Assembly (NCBI GenBank): GCA_021813945.1
Contig: JAKAJD010000002.1
Location: forward strand, 241,719-305,718
Direction: 5' to 3'
DNA: 64,000 nucleotides
DNA from: a bacterium
Lineage (GTDB): Bacteria; Patescibacteriota; Microgenomatia; Curtissbacterales; GWA2-41-24
The position numbers were made by a program, and so were the translations under genes. Numbering within the stretch: position 1 is the first letter of the stretch; every line of letters begins with the position of its first letter. This document shows, piece after piece, positions 17,545 through 27,064 of the stretch. Below the pieces are notes generated by a model. That model ran no database searches. It had not been told where the DNA came from and worked only from the letters and a program-made list of their open reading frames with translations.

Positions 17545-18891
17545 ATGATAGTTTCTAAATTCGGCGGTACATCTGTTGCTACGGCCCAAAAAATTTCGAA
17601 TCTCTGTCAAATTACAAAAAAAAGTCTTGCAAAAGATCCTGTAATTGTCGTTTCGGCTGTAGCCGGTGTAACAGATTTACTTTCGGAAATACCGGAAAAT
17701 CCAAACAATGCCAAATCAAAAATAGAAAGGATTCGAAAAATTCATTATGATCTGATAAGCAATCTTTTTAAAAATACTCAATCGAATGAGATAAAAAACT
17801 ACATCAACCAAGAGCTTGCAGATCTTTCAAAACACACAAGAAAAAAAATTTACGACAAATCGGAAATAGATAAAATTCTTGCCTTTGGTGAAATAATGTC
17901 CTCTCACATCATTGCCAAAGCTCTTGAAAGTTCCGGTATTCCTGCCAGGCAAATCGTTGCATCGGATGTAATAGTTACCAATGATAATTTTGGATCTGCA
18001 GATTTTCTCCCGGCTCCAACAAAAAAGAAAACAAAAAAAGTCCTTTTGCCAATCATTAAAGAAAAAATTGTTCCGGTTGTAACAGGATTTATCGGGACCA
18101 GCAAAAATGGCAAATTAACTACTCTCGGTCGCGGAGGATCCGACTACACAGCGGCAATAATCGGATTCTCCCTAAATGCCAAAGAGATTGAAATTTGGAC
18201 AGATGTTGACGGAATTTTTACAACGGATCCTAAGGTAGCCCCAAAAGCCAAACTGATCCGGCAAATTTCCTACAAGGAAGCTTCTGAGCTCGCCGCATTT
18301 GGTGCCAAAGTCCTTCACCCCAGAACAATAAAACCGGCGATAAAAGCTGGTATTGCTGTTCGTGTTTTAAACACACAAGATCCAAACTGTCAGGGAACTT
18401 TAATTTGCGATAAACCGGATCTAAAAAATCCTATTACAGCAATTTCTTTCAAAAGAAAAATTACTCTAATCAATATCTATTCAACGGAGATGTTGTTTAA
18501 AAAAGGATTTTTAGCAAAGATTTTTAAAGTTTTTGCAAAATACAATATCTCAATCGATTTAGTAAGCGTCTCAGAGGTAACTGTCTCTGTCACTTTGGAA
18601 AATCATGATCACCTTGCAAAAGCACTTGATGAACTATCAAAATTTTCCTCTGTGTCGGCAAACACCAATTACGGAATGATTTCATTAATAGGTGAGGGAA
18701 TTGTTACTTCTTCTGAAACCATAAAGAAAATTTTTGACATTTTAGATGAAAGGAAAATATTAGTTAAGATGATTTCTTTAGGTGCAAGTGATATTAATGT
18801 TGGCCTGGTGCTACAATACAACCGAATAGAAGAAGCCGTAAACGTCTTGCACAATAAATTGTTGATCAAAAACTTAAACAACGCAAAATGA
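17545..18891 (+). CDS. lysC: aspartate kinase
   Basis: KFGGTSV, TLGRGGSD, FGAKVLHP, ACT domains. Confidence 0.94.
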   Translation: MIVSKFGGTSVATAQKISNLCQITKKSLAKDPVIVVSAVAGVTDLLSEIPENPNNAKSKIERIRKIHYDLISNLFKNTQSNEIKNYINQELADLSKHTRKKIYDKSEIDKILAFGEIMSSHIIAKALESSGIPARQIVASDVIVTNDNFGSADFLPAPTKKKTKKVLLPIIKEKIVPVVTGFIGTSKNGKLTTLGRGGSDYTAAIIGFSLNAKEIEIWTDVDGIFTTDPKVAPKAKLIRQISYKEASELAAFGAKVLHPRTIKPAIKAGIAVRVLNTQDPNCQGTLICDKPDLKNPITAISFKRKITLINIYSTEMLFKKGFLAKIFKVFAKYNISIDLVSVSEVTVSVTLENHDHLAKALDELSKFSSVSANTNYGMISLIGEGIVTSSETIKKIFDILDERKILVKMISLGASDINVGLVLQYNRIEEAVNVLHNKLLIKNLNNAK

Positions 18892-19625
18892 AAATAGCAC
18901 TTGTTGGTTATGGCAACATGGGCCAAGAAATTGAAAACTTGGTCAAAAACTATCCGGACTACTCAATAGTCTCAATAAGTTACAAAAAAATTACAGACAA
19001 GCTCGACACATCAGGAATAAAGAAATCCGACGTCGTCATCGATTTCACATCGCCAGAAATTGTTGTAGATAACATCAAAAAAATTCTAGCGATGAAGAAA
19101 AAATTGGTCATTGGCACCACAGGCTGGTACGAAAAACTCAATGATGTTAAATCACTGGTTAAAAAAAATAACGGAGGCCTAATTTATGCAAAAAACTTTT
19201 CAGTTGGAGCCAATATTTTTTTCAAGATAATATCTGAAAGCAGTAAATTGTTTAATAAGTATGAAGGATACGATGTTTATGGATTGGAGGTTCATCATAA
19301 AGGCAAAAAAGACAGTCCAAGCGGTACTGCCAAAAAAATTTCTGATCTTATAATCAGCTCTTACAAGTATAAAAAGAATGCTCAATTCGAAAAACTAGAT
19401 CGCCAAGTAGCAAAGGAGGAAATTCACTTTGCATCAGTTCGCGGCGGTAACAATCCGGGTTACCATGAGGTAACTTTTGACAGTTTAGCTGACGAAATAA
19501 AACTTTCGCATCAAGCACATAACAGAAGAGGCTTTGCTCAAGGTGCATTACTTGCAGCCAAGTTTATAATAAAAAACAAAGGTTTATGGTCTTTTGAAGA
19601 TTTATTCGAGAAAGGAAAGATCTAA
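18888..19625 (+). CDS. dapB: 4-hydroxy-tetrahydrodipicolinate reductase
   Basis: GYGNMG, GTTG, EVHHKGKKDSPSGTA. Confidence 0.94.
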   Translation: MKIALVGYGNMGQEIENLVKNYPDYSIVSISYKKITDKLDTSGIKKSDVVIDFTSPEIVVDNIKKILAMKKKLVIGTTGWYEKLNDVKSLVKKNNGGLIYAKNFSVGANIFFKIISESSKLFNKYEGYDVYGLEVHHKGKKDSPSGTAKKISDLIISSYKYKKNAQFEKLDRQVAKEEIHFASVRGGNNPGYHEVTFDSLADEIKLSHQAHNRRGFAQGALLAAKFIIKNKGLWSFEDLFEKGKI

Positions 19626-20515
19626 TGAAAATTAAAAAAATAACAGGAACAATTCCCGCAATGGTTACACCTTTTGACGACAAGAAAAATCTTGATATTT
19701 CCGCACTGAGGAACCTAATCAAATTTTTACTATCAGGCGGAATAGATGCCATTGTTCCGTGCGGATCAACAGGGGAAGCAGCTACTCTCAATCTCGAAGA
19801 ATATGAAACTGTTGTTAGAACCACAGTCGAGCAAGTGGCCGGCAAAATTCCGGTTATTGCTGGCGCCGGGAGCAACGACACCCAAAAAGCCGTTCATCTT
19901 TCACAAATCGCCAAAAAAGCGGGAGCCGATGTCTTACTTCATGTTTCACCCTATTACAACAAGCCGACAAATGACGGGCTGGTTGCACATTTCAAGCAAA
20001 TTGCCAAATCGATCGACTTGCCTATTGTAATTTACAACGTTCCCGGCAGAACTGGATCCAATATAAGCGCTGAAACTACTCTCAGAATTGCCAAAGAGGT
20101 ACCTCATGTAATTGGTATTAAAGAAGCATCAGGCAATATCGGCCAAATGATGGAAATTATAAAAAGTGCTCCCAAGGATTTTTCAGTTCTTTCCGGTGAC
20201 GATGCGATAACCCTTCCTCTAATTTCCGTTGGTGGTGTCGGAATAATATCAGTTGCTGCCAATGAAATCCCAAAAGAAATGACAAATATGGTCAATGCTG
20301 CACTGGAGGGAGATTTCAAAAAAGCCAAAAAAATCCACTACGAAATTTTAGACCTTATGAATGGAAACTTTATTGAAACAAATCCAATCCCTGTTAAAAC
20401 TGCGCTTTTCATGATGGGCAAAATTAAAGAAAATTTTAGGCTTCCACTTGTGCCAATGGCAGCCAAAAACAAAGAAACCTTATCTCAAATCCTTAAAAAA
20501 CTTTCCTTAATATAA
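19625..20515 (+). CDS. dapA: 4-hydroxy-tetrahydrodipicolinate synthase
   Basis: GSTGE, PYYNKP, YNVPGRT, GIKEASG. Confidence 0.95.
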   Translation: MKIKKITGTIPAMVTPFDDKKNLDISALRNLIKFLLSGGIDAIVPCGSTGEAATLNLEEYETVVRTTVEQVAGKIPVIAGAGSNDTQKAVHLSQIAKKAGADVLLHVSPYYNKPTNDGLVAHFKQIAKSIDLPIVIYNVPGRTGSNISAETTLRIAKEVPHVIGIKEASGNIGQMMEIIKSAPKDFSVLSGDDAITLPLISVGGVGIISVAANEIPKEMTNMVNAALEGDFKKAKKIHYEILDLMNGNFIETNPIPVKTALFMMGKIKENFRLPLVPMAAKNKETLSQILKKLSLI

Positions 20516-21565
20516 ATGGTCAAGATAAAAGTTGGAATACTCGGTTCAACAGGTGCTGTCGGCCAAAGGTTTGTCCAGCTTCTCGAAAATCATCCTTGGT
20601 TTGAGGTGATTGCTGTTTGCGCGTCGGAAAGGAGCTCAGGCAAAACCTATAAAGAGGCCGCAAATTGGAAAATTAGTTCTAAAATTCCATCAAAAATTGC
20701 AAATTTAAAAGTAAGGTCGTGTGAACCTAACTTTGGTGCCCAATTAGTTTTCTCCGGCCTTGACTCATCCGTAGCCGGCGAAATAGAAGACAATTTTGCA
20801 AATCAAGGCTACATTGTCGTCAGCAATTCCAAAAATCACCGCATGGAAAAAGATGTTCCGCTTCTAATCCCGGAAGTTAATCCGGATCATTTAGCACTTA
20901 TCAAACTTCAACAAAAAAGACGCCAAAGTAAAGGATTTATTGTTACCAATCCAAATTGCACAACTGTAGGATTGGCAATGGTTCTTAAGCCACTCCATGA
21001 TGCTTTCACCATCAAATCTATCGCGGTTACTTCCATGCAAGCATTGTCCGGAGCCGGTTATCCCGGTGTTTCCTCTCTTGACGCTTTAGACAACGTCATT
21101 CCTTTTATAGGCGGCGAGGAGGAAAAAGTAGAAACCGAGCCTCTAAAGTTACTCGGAACAGTTAAAAACGGTCAGGTTATATTTGCTCCTTTAAAAATAA
21201 GCGCATCCTGCAACCGGGTTTCCGTAAGGGATGGTCATATGGAATCTGTAGAATTAATCTTTTCAAAGAAGCCGGAAATCTCTCAAGTTATTAAAGTTTT
21301 AAGCCAATTTAAAGGCGTGCCGCAAAAGTTTGAATTACCTTCAGCTCCACCAGCGCCAATCGTTGTTACGGAAGATGAAACAAGACCTCAGCCGGTTTTG
21401 GATCGGGATATCGAGAACGGAATGTCCGTTGTAGTTGGCAGAATCCGTAAATCTAATGTATCGGATTTAAAGCTCACACTGTTAGTCCACAACACTATCC
21501 GTGGCGCAGCCGGAGCGGCTATATTGAATGCCGAATTGCTCCAAGCTAAAGGATTTTTAAACTAG
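20516..21565 (+). CDS. asd: aspartate-semialdehyde dehydrogenase
   Basis: GSTGAVGQRF, NPNCTT, QALSGAG, HNTIRGAAG. Confidence 0.95.
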   Translation: MVKIKVGILGSTGAVGQRFVQLLENHPWFEVIAVCASERSSGKTYKEAANWKISSKIPSKIANLKVRSCEPNFGAQLVFSGLDSSVAGEIEDNFANQGYIVVSNSKNHRMEKDVPLLIPEVNPDHLALIKLQQKRRQSKGFIVTNPNCTTVGLAMVLKPLHDAFTIKSIAVTSMQALSGAGYPGVSSLDALDNVIPFIGGEEEKVETEPLKLLGTVKNGQVIFAPLKISASCNRVSVRDGHMESVELIFSKKPEISQVIKVLSQFKGVPQKFELPSAPPAPIVVTEDETRPQPVLDRDIENGMSVVVGRIRKSNVSDLKLTLLVHNTIRGAAGAAILNAELLQAKGFLN

Positions 21566-21568
21566 GTT

Positions 21569-21598
21569 TTGACAATTTAAAAAATTACAAGTAGAATT
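21569..21598 (+). promoter_or_regulatory. sigma70 promoter of the surface-protein gene
   Basis: TTGACA ... TAGAAT; the gene has SD AAGGAG. Confidence 0.55.
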
Positions 21599-21697
21599 CT
21601 CTTTCCTGCCTCGTAGAATAAGCTTACATATTTATTACATGATTTACTTATTCTATTAATGTAAAGACTGTAGTGTCTTAAGATTAAGGAGTCAAAA

Positions 21698-23014
21698 ATG
21701 TCAAGTATTGGAGAAAGAATTGCAGAACGCAGATTTGTAAACAAACAGACGCTTTTAAGTGGAGCTGCTGGTCTTGGTCTTAGCGTGGCAGCAATTGGGG
21801 GACAAATTCAGAACATAGGTAGGCATAGCGAGAGCCCGACTACGCCAACAGGCATGTCACGCAGCGCTGACCACAAAATCACTATTTGCCACAATGCGGA
21901 TGATAATAAGACCGTTGTGATCACAATAGACAAAAATGGACTCAAAGGCCACGATCATCACGGTGATACTACGCAGGCACCAAACGATAGCTGCCCTCCA
22001 GGCGAAGAAACAAACACCCCGACTCCAATTCCATCAGAAATATCAGAAACAGCAACTGCAACGGCAATGGCCACAGAAACTCAAGAACCTACAAATACCA
22101 GTACAGCAGAACCGACATCTACTTCAACACCTTTTCCCGAATTTCCAGGCTGCGAAGATCAAACCGAGCCGGGTGATATTGCACATTACGACACCGGCCT
22201 GCATTGGATTGTGGGGGACGGACTAAAGAAAGGACGAGATGATGTATACAGTGTGCCAGGCGGGAATGCTCTGCAGTGTTTTTGTCCACCACAAGACGAA
22301 TTTGTTCAAGGCGATGAAGGTATCCAGACTAACTGGATAAAAACAGATGATGGCGATAAAGAAAATATGCCCCCAGAAGTGTTTGGTTATTTCAGGATGT
22401 GGGGTCCGGATTTTGGCCTTGATAATAAGTGGTATTATGCATCCGGTGCCGATAAACCTTCCCCGACAACACCTAATTTTGACTGTAACCCAGAAGCGCC
22501 TACTACAACTCCAACAGACACCCCTGAACCAACGGATACTCCACGCGCTACCGATACACCGGTTCCAACTGATACGGCTCAACCCACTGATACTCCAACA
22601 TCAAATCCGACAGAGACCTTTACTGCTGTAGCAACCAATACACCCCAACCCACAGATACTCCAGAACCGACAGATACACCGGAGGCAACCGACACGGCAG
22701 AACCGACAGATACACCAGTTCATATAGTAAGGTCTGCAACACCGACTTCAAGTCCTACAGAAAGTCCAACCCCGAAAGCCGTCAAAGCAAAGCCATCACC
22801 TAAGCCAACGGAAACACCCGAAATCATAGTAAAAGAAGGGCCTACAAAAGGCTTACCGAATGCTGGAAATCCTGGAAACACAAGAGTCAACTTAATTTAT
22901 TCGGCAATGTTGGCAGCATCCGGAGTAACGCTTGCCGGGGCCGGCCTAAAGTATAGACCGGGCAGAAGATCAAGAACAAGAGAATCCATAGCAGAGGCCC
23001 TCAGAAGAAGATAA
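21698..23014 (+). CDS. Pro/Thr-rich exported surface protein with LPxAG sorting-like signal
   Basis: N-terminal hydrophobic segment, KITICH...HDHHGD motif, PT repeats, LPNAG + TM + basic tail. Confidence 0.75.
   Translation: MSSIGERIAERRFVNKQTLLSGAAGLGLSVAAIGGQIQNIGRHSESPTTPTGMSRSADHKITICHNADDNKTVVITIDKNGLKGHDHHGDTTQAPNDSCPPGEETNTPTPIPSEISETATATAMATETQEPTNTSTAEPTSTSTPFPEFPGCEDQTEPGDIAHYDTGLHWIVGDGLKKGRDDVYSVPGGNALQCFCPPQDEFVQGDEGIQTNWIKTDDGDKENMPPEVFGYFRMWGPDFGLDNKWYYASGADKPSPTTPNFDCNPEAPTTTPTDTPEPTDTPRATDTPVPTDTAQPTDTPTSNPTETFTAVATNTPQPTDTPEPTDTPEATDTAEPTDTPVHIVRSATPTSSPTESPTPKAVKAKPSPKPTETPEIIVKEGPTKGLPNAGNPGNTRVNLIYSAMLAASGVTLAGAGLKYRPGRRSRTRESIAEALRRR
22511..22717 (+). repeat. coding tandem repeat of about 18 bp encoding (P/A)TDTPx
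   Basis: PTDTPEPTDTPRATDTPVPTDTAQPTDTP...PTDTPEPTDTPEATDTAEPTDTP. Confidence 0.9.
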
Positions 23015-23057
23015 ACCGATTTTGCTCCCTACGACCATTCTAGCGCTTTAAATTATT

Positions 23058-23801
23058 TCAACGCACGTACGTAAGGTGAAGTCCGCCATCAACTCGTATA
23101 ACTTCACCAGTCATAGCATCGTTTTTCAAAAGCTCAACTACCATTGTTGCGATTTCCTCTGCCTTAATAAATCTTTTAATTTTTGTTAAATTCGCACAAG
23201 CATCAAGTTCTTCTTTGGAAGTGCTCTCCCATGGCGGAGTCCAAACGTAACCCGGCGCAATTGCGTTTACTAAAATTTCCGGTCCATACTCTTTTGCCAA
23301 ATTCATGGTTAAACTACTAACAGCCGCCTTTGCTGCCGAATATTGTGGCGCCTCTGGATTTCCCATCTCAGAAATTCCATAAACCGAAGAAATATTTATG
23401 ATCTTCCTTATCCCTTTTGATTTTTCATAGTTAATAAAGCCGTTAGACACATAGACTTGGCTCATTAATATATTTTTGAATTGCGATTCCCAAACTTCAA
23501 AATTGCCAAAATCTCCGCCTTCATACTCTCCAGCATTATTTATCAGAGCATCTAACGAATATCCTTTCTTCCTAATATCAGAAAATAATTTTCCGACCCC
23601 ATTCTTATTTGAAAGATCTGCCTGAAAAATTTCACCTTTTGCCAATTTTTGGGCCTTTTTAAGGGTATCCAATGCGCCTGTTTTGTTTTTGCGAAAATTT
23701 ATAAGAACAGTTACTTCTTGCTTCGCCAACTCTACAGCAATTGCTTGGCCAATTCCGCTCGATGCGCCAGTGACTAAAACTGTTTTGCCCACTAAATTCA
23801 T
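23058..23801 (-). CDS. SDR-family oxidoreductase
   Basis: TGASSGIG, NNAG, YSAAK. Confidence 0.92.
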   Translation of the reverse strand: MNLVGKTVLVTGASSGIGQAIAVELAKQEVTVLINFRKNKTGALDTLKKAQKLAKGEIFQADLSNKNGVGKLFSDIRKKGYSLDALINNAGEYEGGDFGNFEVWESQFKNILMSQVYVSNGFINYEKSKGIRKIINISSVYGISEMGNPEAPQYSAAKAAVSSLTMNLAKEYGPEILVNAIAPGYVWTPPWESTSKEELDACANLTKIKRFIKAEEIATMVVELLKNDAMTGEVIRVDGGLHLTYVR

Positions 23802-23822
23802 AATTTAAGAATATTTTAGCAG

Positions 23823-24113
23823 CTAAGTAGAAATATTACGAAAGTACAAAGTAGAAAGAATCGTAAGAAAAGTTAATGCGCCGGCCAGTCCATTGCTTAT
23901 CATTATGAAACGATCTTTAGTAAAAAAACCGTGTGTCGAAAAACCGAGTTGTACAAAAAGTAATATTGCCAAAAACAGTAGCGAAAGGCCAGCGGTTTGA
24001 TGTGTTTGCCAAATTTGAAAAAATTGCGGAAGAGTCATTATTGGATTCACAATGCTTACAACCCAAATGATTTTCGCCCAACAAACCTTTTTTGCAAATT
24101 CTCCTCTCGTCAT
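23823..24113 (-). CDS. SemiSWEET/PQ-loop transporter-like protein
   Basis: LPQF..IW...TAGLS, three TMs, conserved SN. Confidence 0.75.
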   Translation of the reverse strand: MTRGEFAKKVCWAKIIWVVSIVNPIMTLPQFFQIWQTHQTAGLSLLFLAILLFVQLGFSTHGFFTKDRFIMISNGLAGALTFLTILSTLYFRNIST

Positions 24114-24122
24114 ATTCAGACT

Positions 24123-24866
24123 TTATTTTCCCGCAATCATATAGCCCCCGTCAACAAGAATTGTTTGGCCAGTTATAAAACTTGCCCGGTCGCTGACTAA
24201 AAAAAGTAAAACCTCCGCAATTTCGGAAGGGTCGGCGGTTCTACCAAGAAGTGCAGTTTTTACTTGTTTCAAAACACTTTCAGTCCACAGTTTTGCCATG
24301 CCGGTTTGTACAAAACCAGGAGAAACAGCATTGATTGTAATTTCCGGGGCCAAGTCTTTTGCCAGTGCAGCGGTGAGCGCCACGATACTTGCTTTGGAGG
24401 CTGTATAGGCCAAACGACTGTTACTCGATGTAGTCGCATGCCCACGGATTGAAGAAATGTTAACAATGCGCCCTTTTGCGGCCTTTTTCATAAAAGGCAC
24501 TACCGCTTGGCAAAAATGGACAGTCCCCAAAACATTAACTTGGTAAGTTTCCAACCAGTTTTCATCACCCAAATCGTATAGTGTTCCCGGAAGAGCAATA
24601 CCGGCACAGTTAATAAGAGCATCAATTTTTTTATGCTTTTTGATTACCTTACTAACTGCTTCAGAAACAGCCTTAAAATCCGCTACGTTGCAAAAAATAT
24701 AATCTGCGCGAAGTTCCTTCGCTATAGCCTTTAGGTGGTCGCTTTCTTCTCTGCCGTGCACAACAACAGTCGCGCCATAATCTTGTGCAAGTTTTGCCGT
24801 TGCAGCACCAATCCCGCTTGAAGAGCCGCTAATAAGAACGACTTTTCCTTCTAACATATTTTTCAT
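24123..24866 (-). CDS. SDR-family oxidoreductase
   Basis: SGSSSGIG, NCAG, YTASK, ITGQTILVDGG. Confidence 0.92.
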   Translation of the reverse strand: MKNMLEGKVVLISGSSSGIGAATAKLAQDYGATVVVHGREESDHLKAIAKELRADYIFCNVADFKAVSEAVSKVIKKHKKIDALINCAGIALPGTLYDLGDENWLETYQVNVLGTVHFCQAVVPFMKKAAKGRIVNISSIRGHATTSSNSRLAYTASKASIVALTAALAKDLAPEITINAVSPGFVQTGMAKLWTESVLKQVKTALLGRTADPSEIAEVLLFLVSDRASFITGQTILVDGGYMIAGK

Positions 24867-25324
24867 AGAATAAATTCTTGTTTTTCGACGTCGGGGAAAT
24901 TAACGCGGTCAAAAATTACAAATCTTGTTGGTTTAAATCGATACAATTTATGTGGATTTTTGCTTTCCAGAAATTCCTGATACCAATCTTCTCCGCGGTT
25001 AAACTTATCGGAATATAACTTAACTTTTGCCTTTATTTCGTTGGCATCTTCAACAATATTAGCTTCACCTTCTGCCTGAAGACCAACAACAGTTAAATCG
25101 TCAAACTTAACCGGAATCGCCAGCGCTACTTTTGGGTTTTGGGCAATTTCCTGACTGTGTCTTGTGTCAGCCTTACTGATCCAATAAATGTTCATCTCCC
25201 TATCGCTAGCAAAATAAAGTGTGCAATTCCAAGGTTGATTGTTCGCACAAGTTGCAAGCTGCATCATGCGCGCTTCTTTTAAATAATTAGGGATTAATTC
25301 TTTTAGGTCTTCGCTCACGCTCAA
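24863..25324 (-). CDS. pyridoxamine 5'-phosphate oxidase-like FMN-binding protein
   Basis: MQLAT...QPW, S...TRHS.EI..NPKV, GLQAEG. Confidence 0.82.
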   Translation of the reverse strand: MSVSEDLKELIPNYLKEARMMQLATCANNQPWNCTLYFASDREMNIYWISKADTRHSQEIAQNPKVALAIPVKFDDLTVVGLQAEGEANIVEDANEIKAKVKLYSDKFNRGEDWYQEFLESKNPHKLYRFKPTRFVIFDRVNFPDVEKQEFIL

Positions 25325-25349
25325 TTTATATCATACTGGCAATCAAAAT

Positions 25350-26267
25350 TCACTCCGGCTGCCGCTGAAGATTATTCCAAAGAATCTGGTAAGTGTTATT
25401 GGGCGTTCGGTAGATGGCATTGGCAATTTTGCCCACTTGTTTTTCGACAACTAAATTAATAAAGTCTCGGCATTTGTCACTTATTTCGCAGTCATTGCCG
25501 ATAACTGAATCGCCTAATCCATCTTGGATAGCATTCATTTCCGAGCGAAGAGCAGGTAAGTGGCGCGAAAAATAATCACATCTGGCTGTCTGACCGCCTA
25601 AATCAGCAAGCCTCGCACACATCCTAATTATCTGAGCTTCCTTCCTTTCCTCAGGGGGTATTGTGTCAAGTGTTTCGCGGGCTTCACGTTCCTGTTCGTT
25701 AGTATAGGGAAATTTTGTTGCGGCAATCGCAAGTTCTGCCATTTTCTCAATTTTGCCTGAGTTTAAAAACGCTGGTAACTTGATCTGCCTTATAGCATCT
25801 TTCATTGCCCGTATACTTTCTTCAACATGAATTGGTGTTCTTGCAGCATAATTTTCTCCTTCCCTAGCTTCAAAAACATATCCTGCGTCATGATATATAA
25901 GACCAATAATTTCACCTATTACACCCTCTCTTGTTAAATGCCGCGAAAGGGCATCATTTCTATTAAGTACTGCAGTTAAAATGGTGATTCCATCGTAAGG
26001 CGCTTGATGGACGGCGTGGCTTACATTGTGATAATAAAGATTGGCGCCCTCCTCACCTTTTGCACGGGCAGTCGTTTCCCCGGCGAACATCTCTTCTGCA
26101 TGGGCGAAAAAACGAGAAAGCGAGTGAGAAACAATGGTTTTGTTTGTGCCCACAAAAAGCGGCTCGGACAAAAGTTTATCTACAGCTCTTCCAAATTCCC
26201 AATGGATTACAGATGGCTCTTCTGTTCCCGTAAACGGATAATGTCCGATTCGATATTCCCTTTCCAT
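25350..26267 (-). CDS. HD-superfamily phosphohydrolase, cyclic-nucleotide PDE-like
   Basis: YHNVSHA, YHDAGY, H.EES, LADLGGQ. Confidence 0.75.
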   Translation of the reverse strand: MEREYRIGHYPFTGTEEPSVIHWEFGRAVDKLLSEPLFVGTNKTIVSHSLSRFFAHAEEMFAGETTARAKGEEGANLYYHNVSHAVHQAPYDGITILTAVLNRNDALSRHLTREGVIGEIIGLIYHDAGYVFEAREGENYAARTPIHVEESIRAMKDAIRQIKLPAFLNSGKIEKMAELAIAATKFPYTNEQEREARETLDTIPPEERKEAQIIRMCARLADLGGQTARCDYFSRHLPALRSEMNAIQDGLGDSVIGNDCEISDKCRDFINLVVEKQVGKIANAIYRTPNNTYQILWNNLQRQPE

Positions 26268-26303
26268 TCTGAGTAAATTTTATAGGGATTTTGTTTAGAT
26301 TTC

Positions 26304-26319
26304 AGTTCCCTAGGGAACA
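26304..26319. promoter_or_regulatory. Crp/Fnr-type operator, centred at -41.5 of the HD gene promoter
   Basis: AGTTC-CCTAGG-GAACA (perfect 14-bp palindrome core); -10 TAAAAT at 26282-26277. Confidence 0.7.
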
Positions 26320-26321
26320 AA

Positions 26322-26954
26322 CTATAGAACCTTTATTTTTTTGTGGGAAAGTTCGATTTTGCCTTCTGTTTGGAGATTGTCCAAAATTTCTGTGACGCGT
26401 GCGCGTGTTCCTCCGACTACATTTGAAAGTTCTTCTTGGCTTAAAGTGATTTCCCCATTTGGAAAATATTTTGAAAGTATTTCCAAAACATGCCATGTTC
26501 TATGCGGCAATTTTTGAGACATTGATTCTTCCATAAATTCCCCAAGTTTTCTGACCCGGTTTGTCAGAATTAAAATGAGCTGGTATGCAATATCCGGATA
26601 TTTTGTCATTAAATTTTTAAAATCGCCTCCCGCAAGAGTTAAAAACTTGGAAGGTGCCAAAGTTTCTACGTTTGCAGACCTTACCCCGCCGTCTACAAAT
26701 GCCATTTCGCCTATAACTTCGCCCGGTCCGCAAATTGACAAATTAACTTCGGTGCCTTCTTGGGTGATTCTATATATCCGAACGCTGCCGCTCACAAGAA
26801 AATAGGTGATATCCGGTTCGGTTTCCTGCTCGATAATAATCGTATTTGAATCAAACTCTTTTTCGGATACTGCCTGGGCTATTACTTTAAGATCCTCATT
26901 TTTGAGGTCCTTAAAAAAGCCGAACGTTTTTAAATTATTTACCTTGTCGTCCAC
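26322..26954 (-). CDS. Crp/Fnr-family transcriptional regulator
   Basis: cNMP domain GEMAF....RSA; HTH LSQEELSNVVGGTRARVT. Confidence 0.93.
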   Translation of the reverse strand: MDDKVNNLKTFGFFKDLKNEDLKVIAQAVSEKEFDSNTIIIEQETEPDITYFLVSGSVRIYRITQEGTEVNLSICGPGEVIGEMAFVDGGVRSANVETLAPSKFLTLAGGDFKNLMTKYPDIAYQLILILTNRVRKLGEFMEESMSQKLPHRTWHVLEILSKYFPNGEITLSQEELSNVVGGTRARVTEILDNLQTEGKIELSHKKIKVL

Positions 26955-26987
26955 GATAAAACTATAAGATCAATTTTAGCAATTGTC

Positions 26988-27003
26988 TGTTCCTTTGGGA
27001 ACA
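26988..27003. promoter_or_regulatory. second Crp/Fnr-type operator between crp and proB
   Basis: TGTTC-CTTTGG-GAACA. Confidence 0.7.
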
Positions 27004-27064
27004 AAGATAAACTAAAAAGCTTATAGTTTGTGATTAAAGAATAATTTCTGTATAATTGCAAACT

